This document shows, piece after piece, positions 51,111-62,381 of a stretch of DNA of 64,000 nt; position 1 is the stretch's first letter; each line of letters begins with the position of its first letter. Source of the stretch: Phallusia mammillata (taxonomy: Eukaryota). Both the position numbers and the translations under genes were made by a program. Location: positions 8,742,001 to 8,806,000 of the forward strand of contig OZ281494.1 of NCBI GenBank assembly GCA_965637545.1, written 5' to 3'. The notes under the pieces were generated by a model that worked only from the letters and a program-made list of their open reading frames with translations, was not told where the DNA came from and made no database searches.

Positions 51111-52206
51111 ATATACTTTTGTGGGTACAAGGCCGTGGCCCAAAACGGGATGTCAAAATAACCAAACTCTGCTATATGGTCAAATATGTGTCTTTCAATA
51201 AGAAGGCTCTAGGATTCATTAGGCAAGTTTTTAATGACGTGAAAATCAAAGTTTTATATACAATATCAGGATACGATCCAGGTATTCGTGTGACGCAACT
51301 TAATACTAGCTCTGAGTCCAGTTAGTACCTTCGTGCAATAAAACAAGGCTAGAAATCAAGTGTTTGACGCCCTAAATGCGGCGTCGCTAACATATGTTGC
51401 GAAAGATAAAACAACGTCGCAAACAGGATCAATTAAACGCATTAAAGCTGAGTAATGCCTTCCTCGGAATACTAATTATTAATACCCTGAATATAATAGG
51501 TAACGTTCTAAAGCTGCGTTAAGTGACAACAGAGGAAATAACAATCATGAACAATGAGCTAAGAGCTGGCGGCATATGGGCTTTTCTCCAACTAAAATGC
51601 AACCAAGAAAACTAACAGTTAGGATAGCGGCCCTTTACGTTTGAAGTATGTTCAGATTAGTTGTACAGTAGTTGCACAGAGAAGAACTATGCATTTGCTC
51701 ATTTTTCAAGAAAGCAATAGAAACGCAGCTTCTAAATGCCATTCAAAATATTGCTTGCCTAACTTGTACATGCATGGAAAAACTCGTTAGGGTAAAAGTC
51801 TAAAAAAATGAAAAAAAATGCTACTGTTACCAATTTAAATGTGATAATTTGTTTGACCCATTTACATAAAAAACTATATTTTTTCACTGTTTATGGCCGT
51901 AATTTTCACCAGCTGTTTTCAAACGTGAGCAATTCAGGATAGAGGTCATTTCCCATAGCATGAGTAATTGAGGAAAAAGCTGTTTTCGGCTTTATAACAC
52001 GTAACAAGTATTGCCGCGATTTTGTTTGCCGTCCTGTTGAACTAAAGTTGCAAAGGAAAACTTTTGTGAAGTCACATAACAAAAGTAAGTACCATTACAA
52101 TAATGCTAACAGTAGTTTCATGTTTAAGGGAAGGTTATATGTGCAGTAAAAATGACAACAAAAATTTGTTATAAAAACAGTCATATTGTGTTGCATTGTT
52201 TTACAG

Positions 52207-53162
52207 ATGAACAGCAAGGTGTTCTCTATCGTTTTGATCTGCCTTCTTGTTTTCTGTCGCCAAAGCGATGCATCATGGTCGAAAATAAAAAAAATTGCTA
52301 AAGCAGCAGCTAAAGGAGCAGCAAGGTAAACTGTTTTCTTAAATAGAAATCGTTAGACATTCTAACCAAGCGTAAGACAATATGTTAAGTCTAGCTTCTT
52401 AGAGAGTATTTCTGACTGAGAAATTTTACCAGTGTTTATGTTAACATTTAGACATAACACTATAACGATAAAAAAATACGAAATGATTTAATTGGTTTCT
52501 ATTTCTCTGAAGTTTGGCACTACATTGGCTTGTGAACAACACGCTTTAATACATCTGATACCGATGCAATATGATTGTTGATTTGAAGTTATAAAAACAA
52601 AATAGTAAGCCTAAACTAAAAAGAAAAAAAAACTTTTAGATTGATACAAGCTCCAACATTTACGCAAATCTGTGTGGAACACCAATAAAAAAATTGACAC
52701 GAAAAAACGACCTTTTTTTCTTTATAACCTATGCAAGTGATTAGCTAAACTAAATTTGAATTTTATTGCGTCTTTTTCAGTGCACTTGGAGATTCTAGAC
52801 AGCACGAAAGATTGACCATGGGTAAGTTACTTATAACAAAAAATAGATTTTACAGCAGGGATAGGCAACCTTTTCTTCTATTGCAACCGTTTGAAACTGA
52901 AATTTTATCGCGGACCGGCTATCAAAAAAACAAAACAAAAAAAACTACAAATATTTGAAAACGTCTAAATATGTTTATCATCCCGGAAAAACATTGGCAA
53001 AATGTTCCTGAGCATTTAACCTAAAAAATTACTCGGCCCTGGTAACGAACTCGTCGTGGACCGGCAGTTGCCCACAGCTGTTTTAAAGGACGAACTATCA
53101 CATATTTCGTTGTTTCAGATGACATCGAATTCATGGAAGAAATGGAAGACCTATTTGATTAG
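52207..53162 (+). CDS. Candidate antimicrobial peptide precursor 1 (signal + cationic amphipathic helix + Gly + acidic tail; styelin/clavanin-type architecture), 67 aa
   Basis: join(52207-52325, 52781-52821, 53119-53162) = MNSKVFSIVLICLLVFCRQSDA-SWSKIKKIAKAAAKGAASAL-G-DSRQHERLTMDDIEFMEEMEDLFD*. All junctions are GT-AG and phase-consistent. An upstream non-coding exon has its donor at about 52085, and AATAAA lies at about 53206. Confidence 0.85.
52856..53080. mobile_element. hAT-like MITE in intron 2 of peptide gene 1
   Basis: Imperfect TIR CAGGGATAGGCAAC / GTTGCCCACAGCTG with near-identical 8-bp flanks TTTTACAG / TTTTAAAG. Confidence 0.55.
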
Positions 53163-55070
53163 TGTGAATCGTTCACACTGTTTTATTACGTGAATTGACA
53201 TTCATAATAAATAAAAAATTACGTGGACATTACCAAAAAATTGTGAATTTGGCAGCGTATTAAGGCAGTTTGATCCAAAGACGTTACACCAACCACGAAT
53301 CATTTAACTTTTTTAGTTTTATGCGCGCCAACCTGTCTGTTTTCTCAGTTCAAAAAAACATGAGAAGCATGCACTCACAGTGGAATTTAATGTCATCTCG
53401 TCACAAATTATTTTAACGTGTGGAATAATGTCAACTATTCGGTTTTTCCATCACTCACGTGTGTATTGTAGTTTTTAATATTGCACAAATTAAGTCTAAA
53501 ACGTTTATTCTTTGTCCCAACTTTTTTGTAAAGCGTTGCCTAATTGCAAAGCAAGCAAATGTCTTAAAACATACAGCATTTCAGCCTGCATGCCTATTTG
53601 GTTTTTGAATTTATAAACCATTTGAGTCAAACAGGGGCTAATTTTTTTTAAATGAATGTTTTCTATTACACACTGACATGGGTAGAAGTTTAACTGTTAA
53701 TAAATGACCAAAACTGGACCGGAACCTGCATTTGTTGGAATAAATCTGTAATTAGATTCAAAAGTTGATGAAATAGTGGAACCAAGAGTCAATTTATTAT
53801 TCTGGCCCGGTTCAAGGCCGTTTAATATGAACTTGAGCACAAAACCGACTAGAAAATCCCGCCCGAAAAATAATTAGAAGTTGTTTGATTTACGCGCACT
53901 CATTGCATTGTAAAAGCTCACACAAAGTTCAATAATACCATCCTGCTTCCACAGCCATATGGGGATACTTAAAGTTCACGACATGAAGGCGGTGCTTGGT
54001 ACGGTCCTAAATACAATAGGTTTGCCAGGAAATTAAAGCTACAATTCAAAATCTTCCGAAAATAGCGGCTGCTCAACAGTTTCCTGTCTGCCGTTAAACA
54101 TATTGTACAACTGCAATATGTTTAAACCGCACGGCAAGTGGCATATGCTTTGAAATATGTTGATGTGTCAAGTCCCATAGCTGTTGCAGTTGCAAAGCAA
54201 TTTTTTTTTCATTTACAGTCACAAACTTGTGCCTTTTCCTCAAACTAGACAAAAAGTGTTACCCTAAACTAAACCCTGCTACGAATGATTTAAACCCTGC
54301 TACGAATGACAAATGATAACGAATGATTGTGCCTCTAATCATTGAGCAGGTGCCTGTAACGATTTTGTTCGCGCAATCTGTAGAATAAAATAGATTCGAC
54401 AAGTTAATGTCACTGGTCGAGGTTGTGACAAAAACTGTGTTTTTTTACATAGTTCTGTACCGCATATATTAGTACTCAAGCTTGGAGAAAACAAGTTTGG
54501 CCCAAATAAAAAGGATCGTATTTATTATTAAAAATTGCACGCCAAAATCATTTGTATTTGACGAGTCAGCAAATATTGTCATTGCAAACGCTTATGCTCC
54601 GTTGCGTCACCTATCGAAGATTAGCAGGTCTGTGCCGTGAGTTCTTGTGTTAGTAGTTCTATCAGGAAACTTGGCTTAAAACGCATTAAACGTCCGTTGT
54701 GGGTCGAAACGTAGTAAATTAAACAACTTGTTCCTAGGCCACCTAAGTGAAATTTTATCGCCGCTCAGATTAGAATTTGCAACCAAATCCAGAAGTTGTA
54801 TTAGGTTACTTAAAGTAACCTTTTCAAGACAATAACACATTAGGTTAACACATCGTTTTTACTTTATTTAATCTCTGCATTGTGAGATAATAGGAAAACA
54901 ATGGCATCGAAAACTTCGTTTACGAGAGTATGTATACAAGTACAACGTATGCAAGTGCAATGGTGTAAGGGAGTAGTATGGTGGCAATGACTTGGCGTGT
55001 TGCGAGTTTTTTCTCCGTGTAAAGACCAGGATAGAAACTCTTGAAACATCATGGTTTGCAGTAACTCAGC

Positions 55071-57825
55071 TTATAAAACGCAGACATGTTGACTGGGATC
55101 CGAGAAATCAAAGCCAAGAGCTTGTTCTGTCACATTCTGAAAATATACACATGAATGATTAATGTAGTGAACTAATAGAGTGACAAGCAATGATGTACCG
55201 CTTGGTTAATATTAGTAAAACTATAAACACGCCATGTATTCAGACAAATGTTTAACTTCGCTATAATATCACAACCAGGGCTAGTAGGCTATTTTGAAAT
55301 AGTCATTGGCTGTTCGTTTTGTATGAACCATTGTGTCAATAAAATACGATACTTTCCTCTAAGGGCAAAACTGATTCAGATTAGATACCTGAAGCATAGA
55401 AGTCAGAGAGTTTCCAGAAAAGTCTGCATAGTAAACTCCTGGCTTGCGACATACGACTCCAATAGCTTCAATCTAGAAACAAAACTCTTGTTTTTGACAT
55501 GAACTTGCATTTCAGAAATTTCGATTCGTAAGATCTCACAGCAATTAGAGTACAAGTTTGTTCTTACCAATTTGTTTCTCGGTTCGTCGAACTCAGGTTC
55601 CGATGAGAGAGCAGTTGCCTGCATCCAATTGTCGGCTACGTTAAAACTGTTGATGTTTTCCATTCCGATAAACATGCCTCGACTCAATGTTGCGAGACCT
55701 ACGAAAACAAGATTCGAACATTATGATCGTATATGCCATGATGTAAGACTGCTGACCGGTGATACTGCCGTAATTTAGACTAATTTACTTAACCTAAAAC
55801 TGAATACAACAGATAAACTGAGAAAAAAATCCACTCACCATTATGTGACAGATCCAACTCGCGCAACTGATGCATTTGAGCAAAGGAATAGTCGTCAATT
55901 GTTCTGATGACGTTGTAGCGCAGATTTAATGTTTTCAGTGATGTAAGACCTCTGAACGTGTCCACCGTAATCTTACTCAATTTGTTGCCTAAAAGACATG
56001 AAATGCACTTTGCTAATACATGTCTATATGATCGACAATTTTGAAATCAGGACATACCAGACAAGTCCAAGGTCTCTAAATTTGGTTTGCCGTTGAAAGC
56101 ACCATCCTCGATGCTTTCGATCACGTTGTCCTTCAGAGATAAATATTTAAGAGAGTTCATTCCTGTAAGTTTGCTGCCATCAAGTGAGGAAATACGGTTG
56201 TAGGCGAGGTGGAGGTACTCGAGTTGCCATAGATACGCGAACGCGGCGCTGGACCACAAGCTGATGTTGTTGTTATCAAGGTTGATGAAGTTGACCTAAA
56301 TCAGAAAGAAGGCCTGGGTAAAAAATGCTTGCGAATTTTCCGATGTCATTATTTTTGTGGTTTTAATACCAACAATCAATTACTCTTGCAGGATGACACA
56401 CAATCACTGGTCTCGTGCTCTTTGTAGCATAATATGTTTTAGACTACCTGGTCAAGTCCCTGAAATGTGAAGAAGTTGATCGAAGTAAGATTATTGTTGT
56501 TCAAATTCAAAGTCTTAGCGCTGCTCAGTGGCACGAACGATCTTGGTTGGATATTTATGATGGAGTTATCTCCCAAATCCAGAATCTCCAGATTCGATGC
56601 ACCAGAAAAGGTCAAAAGTCCGATATTGGTAAGGCTATTTTTGCCAAAGTTCAGTTCCTGATGAAAACAAATGTGCAATAAAGTTTTTGCTGCCTGAAAG
56701 GCCTTGCGTAATAACACCTGGTAGTAGTTTATCGATTATTTTGCAATTTTATAAATGCGCGATCACGCTACTCAGAAGATTCAGTCGTTAAAAACTCTTG
56801 AAGCGGCTTTATTTATTGTTTACCTTAAGATTAGGTACGGATCCCAAACCACCATCTTCTATAGCGCTGACCCCAGAGTCGGCCATGATAAGGCGATATG
56901 AGATTGTGTTTGAAGTTGTGTCATCTTCTGTATCAGTAAGCGCAGACTCTTCTGCAACAACAAATTAAGACTTGAGCGAAGAACATTAAAGTTCTAATGT
57001 AGAATGCGCGCGTGGAGAATGAATGTTTTCAGCACAACACGGCTTTAATGTTTAAACTTTGTAAAACTATATACTGTGAGTATGATTAATGGTTTGCTGT
57101 CAGATACCATCCTCAAATGCGTTCTCGGCATTCGAATTAAACACCTTCGTGGCAACAAGATAACATCAACAAAAACATTTAAATGCGCCAACCAGTTCCA
57201 AAACGGTTTATGGTTGTCCACATACTTTTTCATGTTGGTTGTGATTTCTCACCCAAGTTTTTTACATCACGTCATATATCTACTATACACTTGAGCGTTT
57301 AAATCTAGGTTCCGCTCAACATATGAACATGAAATGCGCCGCCTTGTAAAGTTGTTGTTCAGTTTCCAGTATTACAAAACGCGTGACTTTGCCTTTATAG
57401 AAAACATCCATTTCGGTAAACATGCTAAATTAGTGTAAAGCAGAACGAATGTAACAACACAAAAGTTGAAACTTACTTTGCTTGGCGAAGTTTTGAATTC
57501 CGTGGAGAGTCGCATATGTAAAGTTTTCATTGATTGTGATTGTTCCGTCAAGGTGACACGTGACCGTCACAGTGGTTTCGTTGCCATAGTGAGATATGAC
57601 CCTAGTGCATTCATCTGCAATGGCGGAAATATTACCTTTATGTTGCACTAGTATAGTATTTCTATAACTTCGGACAAGAATTACACAGTCACATACATGT
57701 TAAACTTTGACATGTTAAAGCACCGGATTTTATCAAACCTTATAACTCTTACCTTGATTTTCTTGAGCCACAGCAAAAGTGGCGTACAGTGCCAATACTA
57801 GAATTGCGACCAGTTTTGACATCAT
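55071..57825 (-). CDS. Secreted LRR-only protein, copy B
   Basis: Signal exon 57753-57825 (MMSKLVAILVLALYATFAVAQ). Same exon series as copy A, with in-frame small exons 57343-57392 (GC donor) and 57108-57144. Ends NVTEQALGFDFSDPSQHVCVL*. Confidence 0.85.
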
Positions 57826-58389
57826 TTTTTCATCTAAGTTTTAATATTAGGAAATAATTCAGTAGCTTGTGCTTTCTTTCTGCCAAACCGCAATGAAAAA
57901 TGTTCAATCACTCATACATGCATATGCCACCATTTTTCAGATGCTTTTTTTGACATTTTCCAAATGTCTAAACCGCGCTTGTTATCTTTTCAACCTCCAA
58001 AGCGATATCACTCTACTTTCATACACAGTCTGGCTTCTAAAAATTATCATCTGGCTTCTAAATATTTCTCGTCGACCAGTCTACATCGCCGACTGGCTTG
58101 CTGGCTCTGTACCGTTCTAGACCCAAACCCTTGTATTTATGCTGAGAAACCTGATGCCTCGCAGCCATTCGCGATTCCACGTAATCGTCTCGCGCTTACC
58201 TAATGTACGACAGGAGCGCTGGCCAAACCATAAGCTCGCACAAGGGCTCCACCTAAAGCTATTTTAAGCGCAAGATTTTATGCAGCCTATTTAACACTTA
58301 GCATGCTCGTTTGCATTGGACGCTTTCTGCCGGAGCCAAGATTGCGAAAGTCTGTCAAAATGTTTTGTAAAGTATATGTTTAGGTAGAC

Positions 58390-58555
58390 TCGACAAGATG
58401 TTGTTGGTTGCATTCAAATGCAAGCAGGTGACCGCAAGTCTCCAACTGACCTTGAACCAAAATTCGCAGCAAACAGTTCTGCTGAAAAAAGATGTATTTC
58501 AAATTGAGTTGTCCTTTAATCGCGTTCATAACCTCTGGAAGTTGTTACCGTGACA
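58390..58555 (+). mobile_element. CR1/L2-type LINE ORF2 C-terminal relic
   Basis: One frame ends ..LSFNRVHNLWKLLP*, resembling the F..RV.N.WN.LP end motif of CR1/L2 ORF2. Absent from the paralogous site in unit A. Confidence 0.35.
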
Positions 58556-59934
58556 GCAAAAGCAACGGTGGGTTCAGTGATTTCGTGGGATGTTGGTATG
58601 GAAACAGAAGTTGAATTGTAGGACAAATTGTAATTTTGATTGTGTGATTAGTTTTCTTTTACTAAACTTTAGATGGCTTTGGTTCTGCTAACCACAGGTA
58701 TGAAACTACACAAATCGTCTGATACCAACCCTGTGTTAGATGTTCGTTTTTCGTGGGTCTCAAAGCAGGGCTCTTCAACGTGGGTTTCGTGCAACACTCA
58801 CAGGGATTCCTTAATGATTTATACCACTGTTACGGACAATTATGCTTTCCAGCACAGAGTGGCAGACCATTGTTGTTCATGGAGCCAAAAATATATTTGG
58901 GTAAAAAACTCAAAATACAACTTTTATGACCTCAAAAGGTAAATAGCACTGAGTCAATAAACTTCTATGATGATGAGATTGTTTGCTCATTACGCAACAT
59001 ACAAATACGTTTCCATGTACGTAATGCACGCAAATTTGGAACGAGAAAAAATCTGCCTTGAAGAAAAATTCGAAACAACTTGGTCGTATGACCAATACAG
59101 GGTTCGAAACCCCGTCATGGTTGCTTTTATCATCTGCAATTCGACATTACACACAAACGTGTGAATCATTTGTTTGTTATTTTCGCGTTAAGTAGGTCTT
59201 AAGTTACAGATTTGCGTATGTTACGTGATTCGGAAAAACCGCTGTAAATTTCTGACGCTTCGTTACCATCTGCTTTTTTGGGGAAGAATGGTTTAAACGA
59301 GTTTCCGCTTTTTTCATATTTCACAAGGTTTCGACAAATTTTCACATGATTTCTTCCGCCTAATTTGCAAACACATGTTGATTGATTGCATTTGTATAAA
59401 GTTCATGCCCAAAAATTAACGTTCAATAGGAGAAATGGCTCAACAATACCTAGATGAGTAATGAGAAAATCCCTTTTACAAATGACTCACATCAATTTTA
59501 TCAGCGCCTGCATGTCAGTTTGGTGACGAATTTTTGGAATTATTAAACGATGTCAAGTCAAACAGAGGCTAAACTATTCTTAAGGAATGTTTTCTATTTC
59601 ACACTGACAAGCGTAGAAGTTTACCTGCGCTTATGTAGACGAAAATGCGCTAACATTTCTCTAAATATGTTAGAAAGTTAAAAAACACTTTGGTTTAGGC
59701 GTACAGTGTACAACGTAATTTTGATTACCGCTTGCTGATTCACAAAACCAAAATGTAAGTAAAAAAACATGCTTCCTTGAGAGTGGTATTTGTGCCATAA
59801 AATAAACCTGTTTCTATGTAGCAGATTCACAGCTAGTTACAAATGGTTTATTGGCAGTTTAAAAGTCAAAACGATTGGCAGTTCTTTGAAGGAACACTCA
59901 AGGGTCACTAATGATTGACAACTTGGTCGAAAAC

Positions 59935-60623
59935 TTAATCTTCTTCTGCAGCATCCTCCAATTCATCGTTGTTGTCCTTCTCGTTCTCTTGTTCTTTGTC
60001 TAAAATTTAAATAGTGATTCAATAGTGGTCAAAGAAATGCAAAAGCTGCATAAAGCGGTAGCTAGAACTCGCTATTTGACTGTCAAATACTTTTACTTGG
60101 TAGACTGGAACTTAAAATTGTATACAAGGTTTTTTTTTCGGAGGTTTTTTAGGTAACACTTATTTCAAGATAGTTGGGTATATCTAGCCTACTTTCTAAC
60201 TAATTTATTGATAAAATTCGCATTATTTACAAAATCCACCAATATATGGCGACTGGAAAAACAACATTAGGGGCGATAGCTATGAACGCAGTAATGTTTG
60301 CAGTAACTCTTTTGCTGGCGATATTTTTCCTGTAAAAGACTCTTACCTGACAAAAATTACGGGCAAAAACATATTACACCAGGGTTAGGCAAATCTCAGG
60401 CTTGTTAAATTTAGCTAAAATGCACGAATATAATATTCTGTATTCTATAACACTTAAAATTATCACATCTGTTGACAAACAAATATTATAACGCACCTCC
60501 TAGGTTGAAACGTCGCCTTGCAACGTATCTTCGACGACTTCCATCATGCCATGCGCCTTCACATTCTTCAACCATGGTGCAGAGCACGCCGATAAAGAGA
60601 AGAGCGAGCAAGAGCTTGTTCAT
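59935..60623 (-). CDS. Candidate cationic host-defence peptide precursor 2 (Arg-rich peptide + Gly + acidic tail), 63 aa
   Basis: complement join(59935-59999, 60497-60623) = MNKLLLALLFIGVLCTMVEECEG-AWHDGSRRRYVARRRFNL-G-DKEQENEKDNNDELEDAAEED*. The acceptor AG lies directly before the ATG, and a 5' UTR exon has donor GTAAGT at 60692. Confidence 0.8.
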
Positions 60624-60720
60624 CTGCGAAACATCAAATGTTACCGAGCCGTTTCGACTCATTTTGTTAATCAAACAGCTTCCTCCACTTACCTTGAATG
60701 CTTGTTTGTGTTGGTCACAA

Positions 60721-60758
60721 AATGAGTATCGATTGAGCTGTTTTTTCTCGTATTTATA
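60721..60758 (-). promoter_or_regulatory. TATA box and Inr-like element of peptide gene 2
   Basis: TATAAATA at 60751-60758 (minus strand), about 31-35 nt upstream of ACTCATT (60721-60727), which begins the 5' UTR exon. Confidence 0.55.
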
Positions 60759-61279
60759 CCCTTTACCATGGGCTCTGGCATACGCCGTGGCTTTTTTCTT
60801 AAATCAAAGCATATTGCAGTTGTACAATATGTTTAACAGCGAACAACAAATTTGAAGTTATTGTGTTTAGGACCGTACCCAGCACCTATGTTGTGAACTT
60901 TATGTTTCCTCCCCATATGACTGTTAAAGCAGGATGGTATTATTGAACTTTGTGTGAGCTTTCACAATGTAAATAGTAAAAAGCCAAAGTTCAGCAGATA
61001 AACTCATACAATAATGATTCATTAAGGCATATCTAACTGACAATGGCCCGTGTGGGTTAACGATGTTATCTGTGCCCTCTGGCCACCAGCCAATATGCGT
61101 AGGCGCAATGGAGTTGCGTCTGTGGCTAAACTTGTTGTCGAATACCCGGAACCTAAGAGCGTCGCTGTAATAACGGAGAGATAGAGTATAAACTTACTTG
61201 CTATACTAAGGGGTTTTCTCGTGTGTCTCAAATGGCAAATAATGCCAGTGTTACAAACTACTTTCCCGTTAATTACGTA

Positions 61280-61380
61280 GGTACTTTCCTGTTTTTAATT
61301 GGGTACTTTACCGTTTTGGGTTGGGCACTTTCCTGTTTTTAATTGGGTACTTTTCTGTTAATTATGTTTGGTACTTTCCT
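61280..61380. repeat. Degenerate minisatellite (GTACTTTCCTGTTTTTAATTGG)
   Basis: The GKACTTT(C)CTGTT motif recurs about 5 times. Confidence 0.55.
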
Positions 61381-61784
61381 CTTAGGTAGGGGTGGCTTGT
61401 TAATTAGAATAGATGCATACATGTTCTTGGTGTGTAACTAAACGTTACATATAAAACTGCTCTGTTAGGTGTTTAGCATAATACAGTGATTTTTACACTT
61501 TTTTTTCGTTGCGACGCCTCTGGAAAAGTTTTCGTGACTTGCGACGCACCAGCAAATTAAAGTTCATGAGGAAACGTTTCATTAAGTTGTGAAATTTAAA
61601 TTTATTAAGCTGTGTTTAGTAATACAACAAAATCGCGAAGCACATTTTGAGAACTACTGGCATAGTAGATTTGCTTGTGCTTGCATTATTCCAGAGAAAA
61701 AAAACTGACGGTACATATTTTGACAATTCGTATTGTCATGCATTCGGTTTCCTGTCATGCATAAAGGACAAACCAAGCTAATCG

Positions 61785-62381
61785 TTGCTTGTTTGGAGGC
61801 AGACAATACTTCTACTGTATTACAACCCGACGCCTTGCGTTTCTACAAATCGACGCTGGCTATTTAATTGCCTTGTTTCGGGCGAAAAGCTTCTTGTCTT
61901 TACAGTTTTGTTGAATAAATCTCGTTTTAGAAACTTTAACATTTGTATTGTTGTGGACCCAGTAGCGTATAAAAAAAGTGTTTCGAGGATGCGAAACAGA
62001 GGAGAAGATCCAGGCACAGGAGATGCGTTGAGAGCAGCAAAGGCTTTTTTCTTTCTGTTCCTGATGCTCGGTGGAACTTGGGTTTTGGCTTTTTTTGCAG
62101 GTAAATTGGTATCTAAACACATACATTTGCGGAGCTAGATTGGCTACTTTTCAAAGAGGTGGTTTGGATTTAACAAACTCATATCGTATTTTACAGGAAT
62201 CGGAGACGAGAATTCGAATGAGGTGTTCATGTACATTCATAGCTTGGTAAACGGGTCGCAGGGAATCGTCGTCTTTCTGCTGTACTGCGTCATGGATGAC
62301 GACATCAGACAGGAAGTCCTGTTGCGCATGCGCAATGCTGGTATCAGAACGGAGCAGCAGCTTAACGCAAACCCACAATAG
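61785..62381 (+). pseudogene. Orphan 3' fragment of a fourth adhesion GPCR (ECL2/TM5-like, TM6, TM7), inverted relative to the cluster
   Basis: The ORF reads ..DALRAAKAFFFLFLMLGGTWVLAFFAG up to a GT donor at 62101. Exon 62197-62381 encodes IGDENSNEVFMYIHSLVNGSQGIVVFLLYC..*. The CWL motif reads RWL, and no TM1-3 or GAIN exons were found upstream on the plus strand. Confidence 0.65.

Larger units (their letters stand above)
54685..59640. repeat. Segmental duplication unit B
   Basis: Direct-orientation paralog of 45255-50570, including exons, 3' UTR and promoter. Scrambled pieces of the same upstream region recur at 53580-53700 and 63780-64000. Confidence 0.85.

Noticed and set aside
61022-61231. 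GC-richer minus-strand segment after a good acceptor
   Set aside because: No start exon or recognisable product; the upstream donor would give an implausible 33-nt intron.
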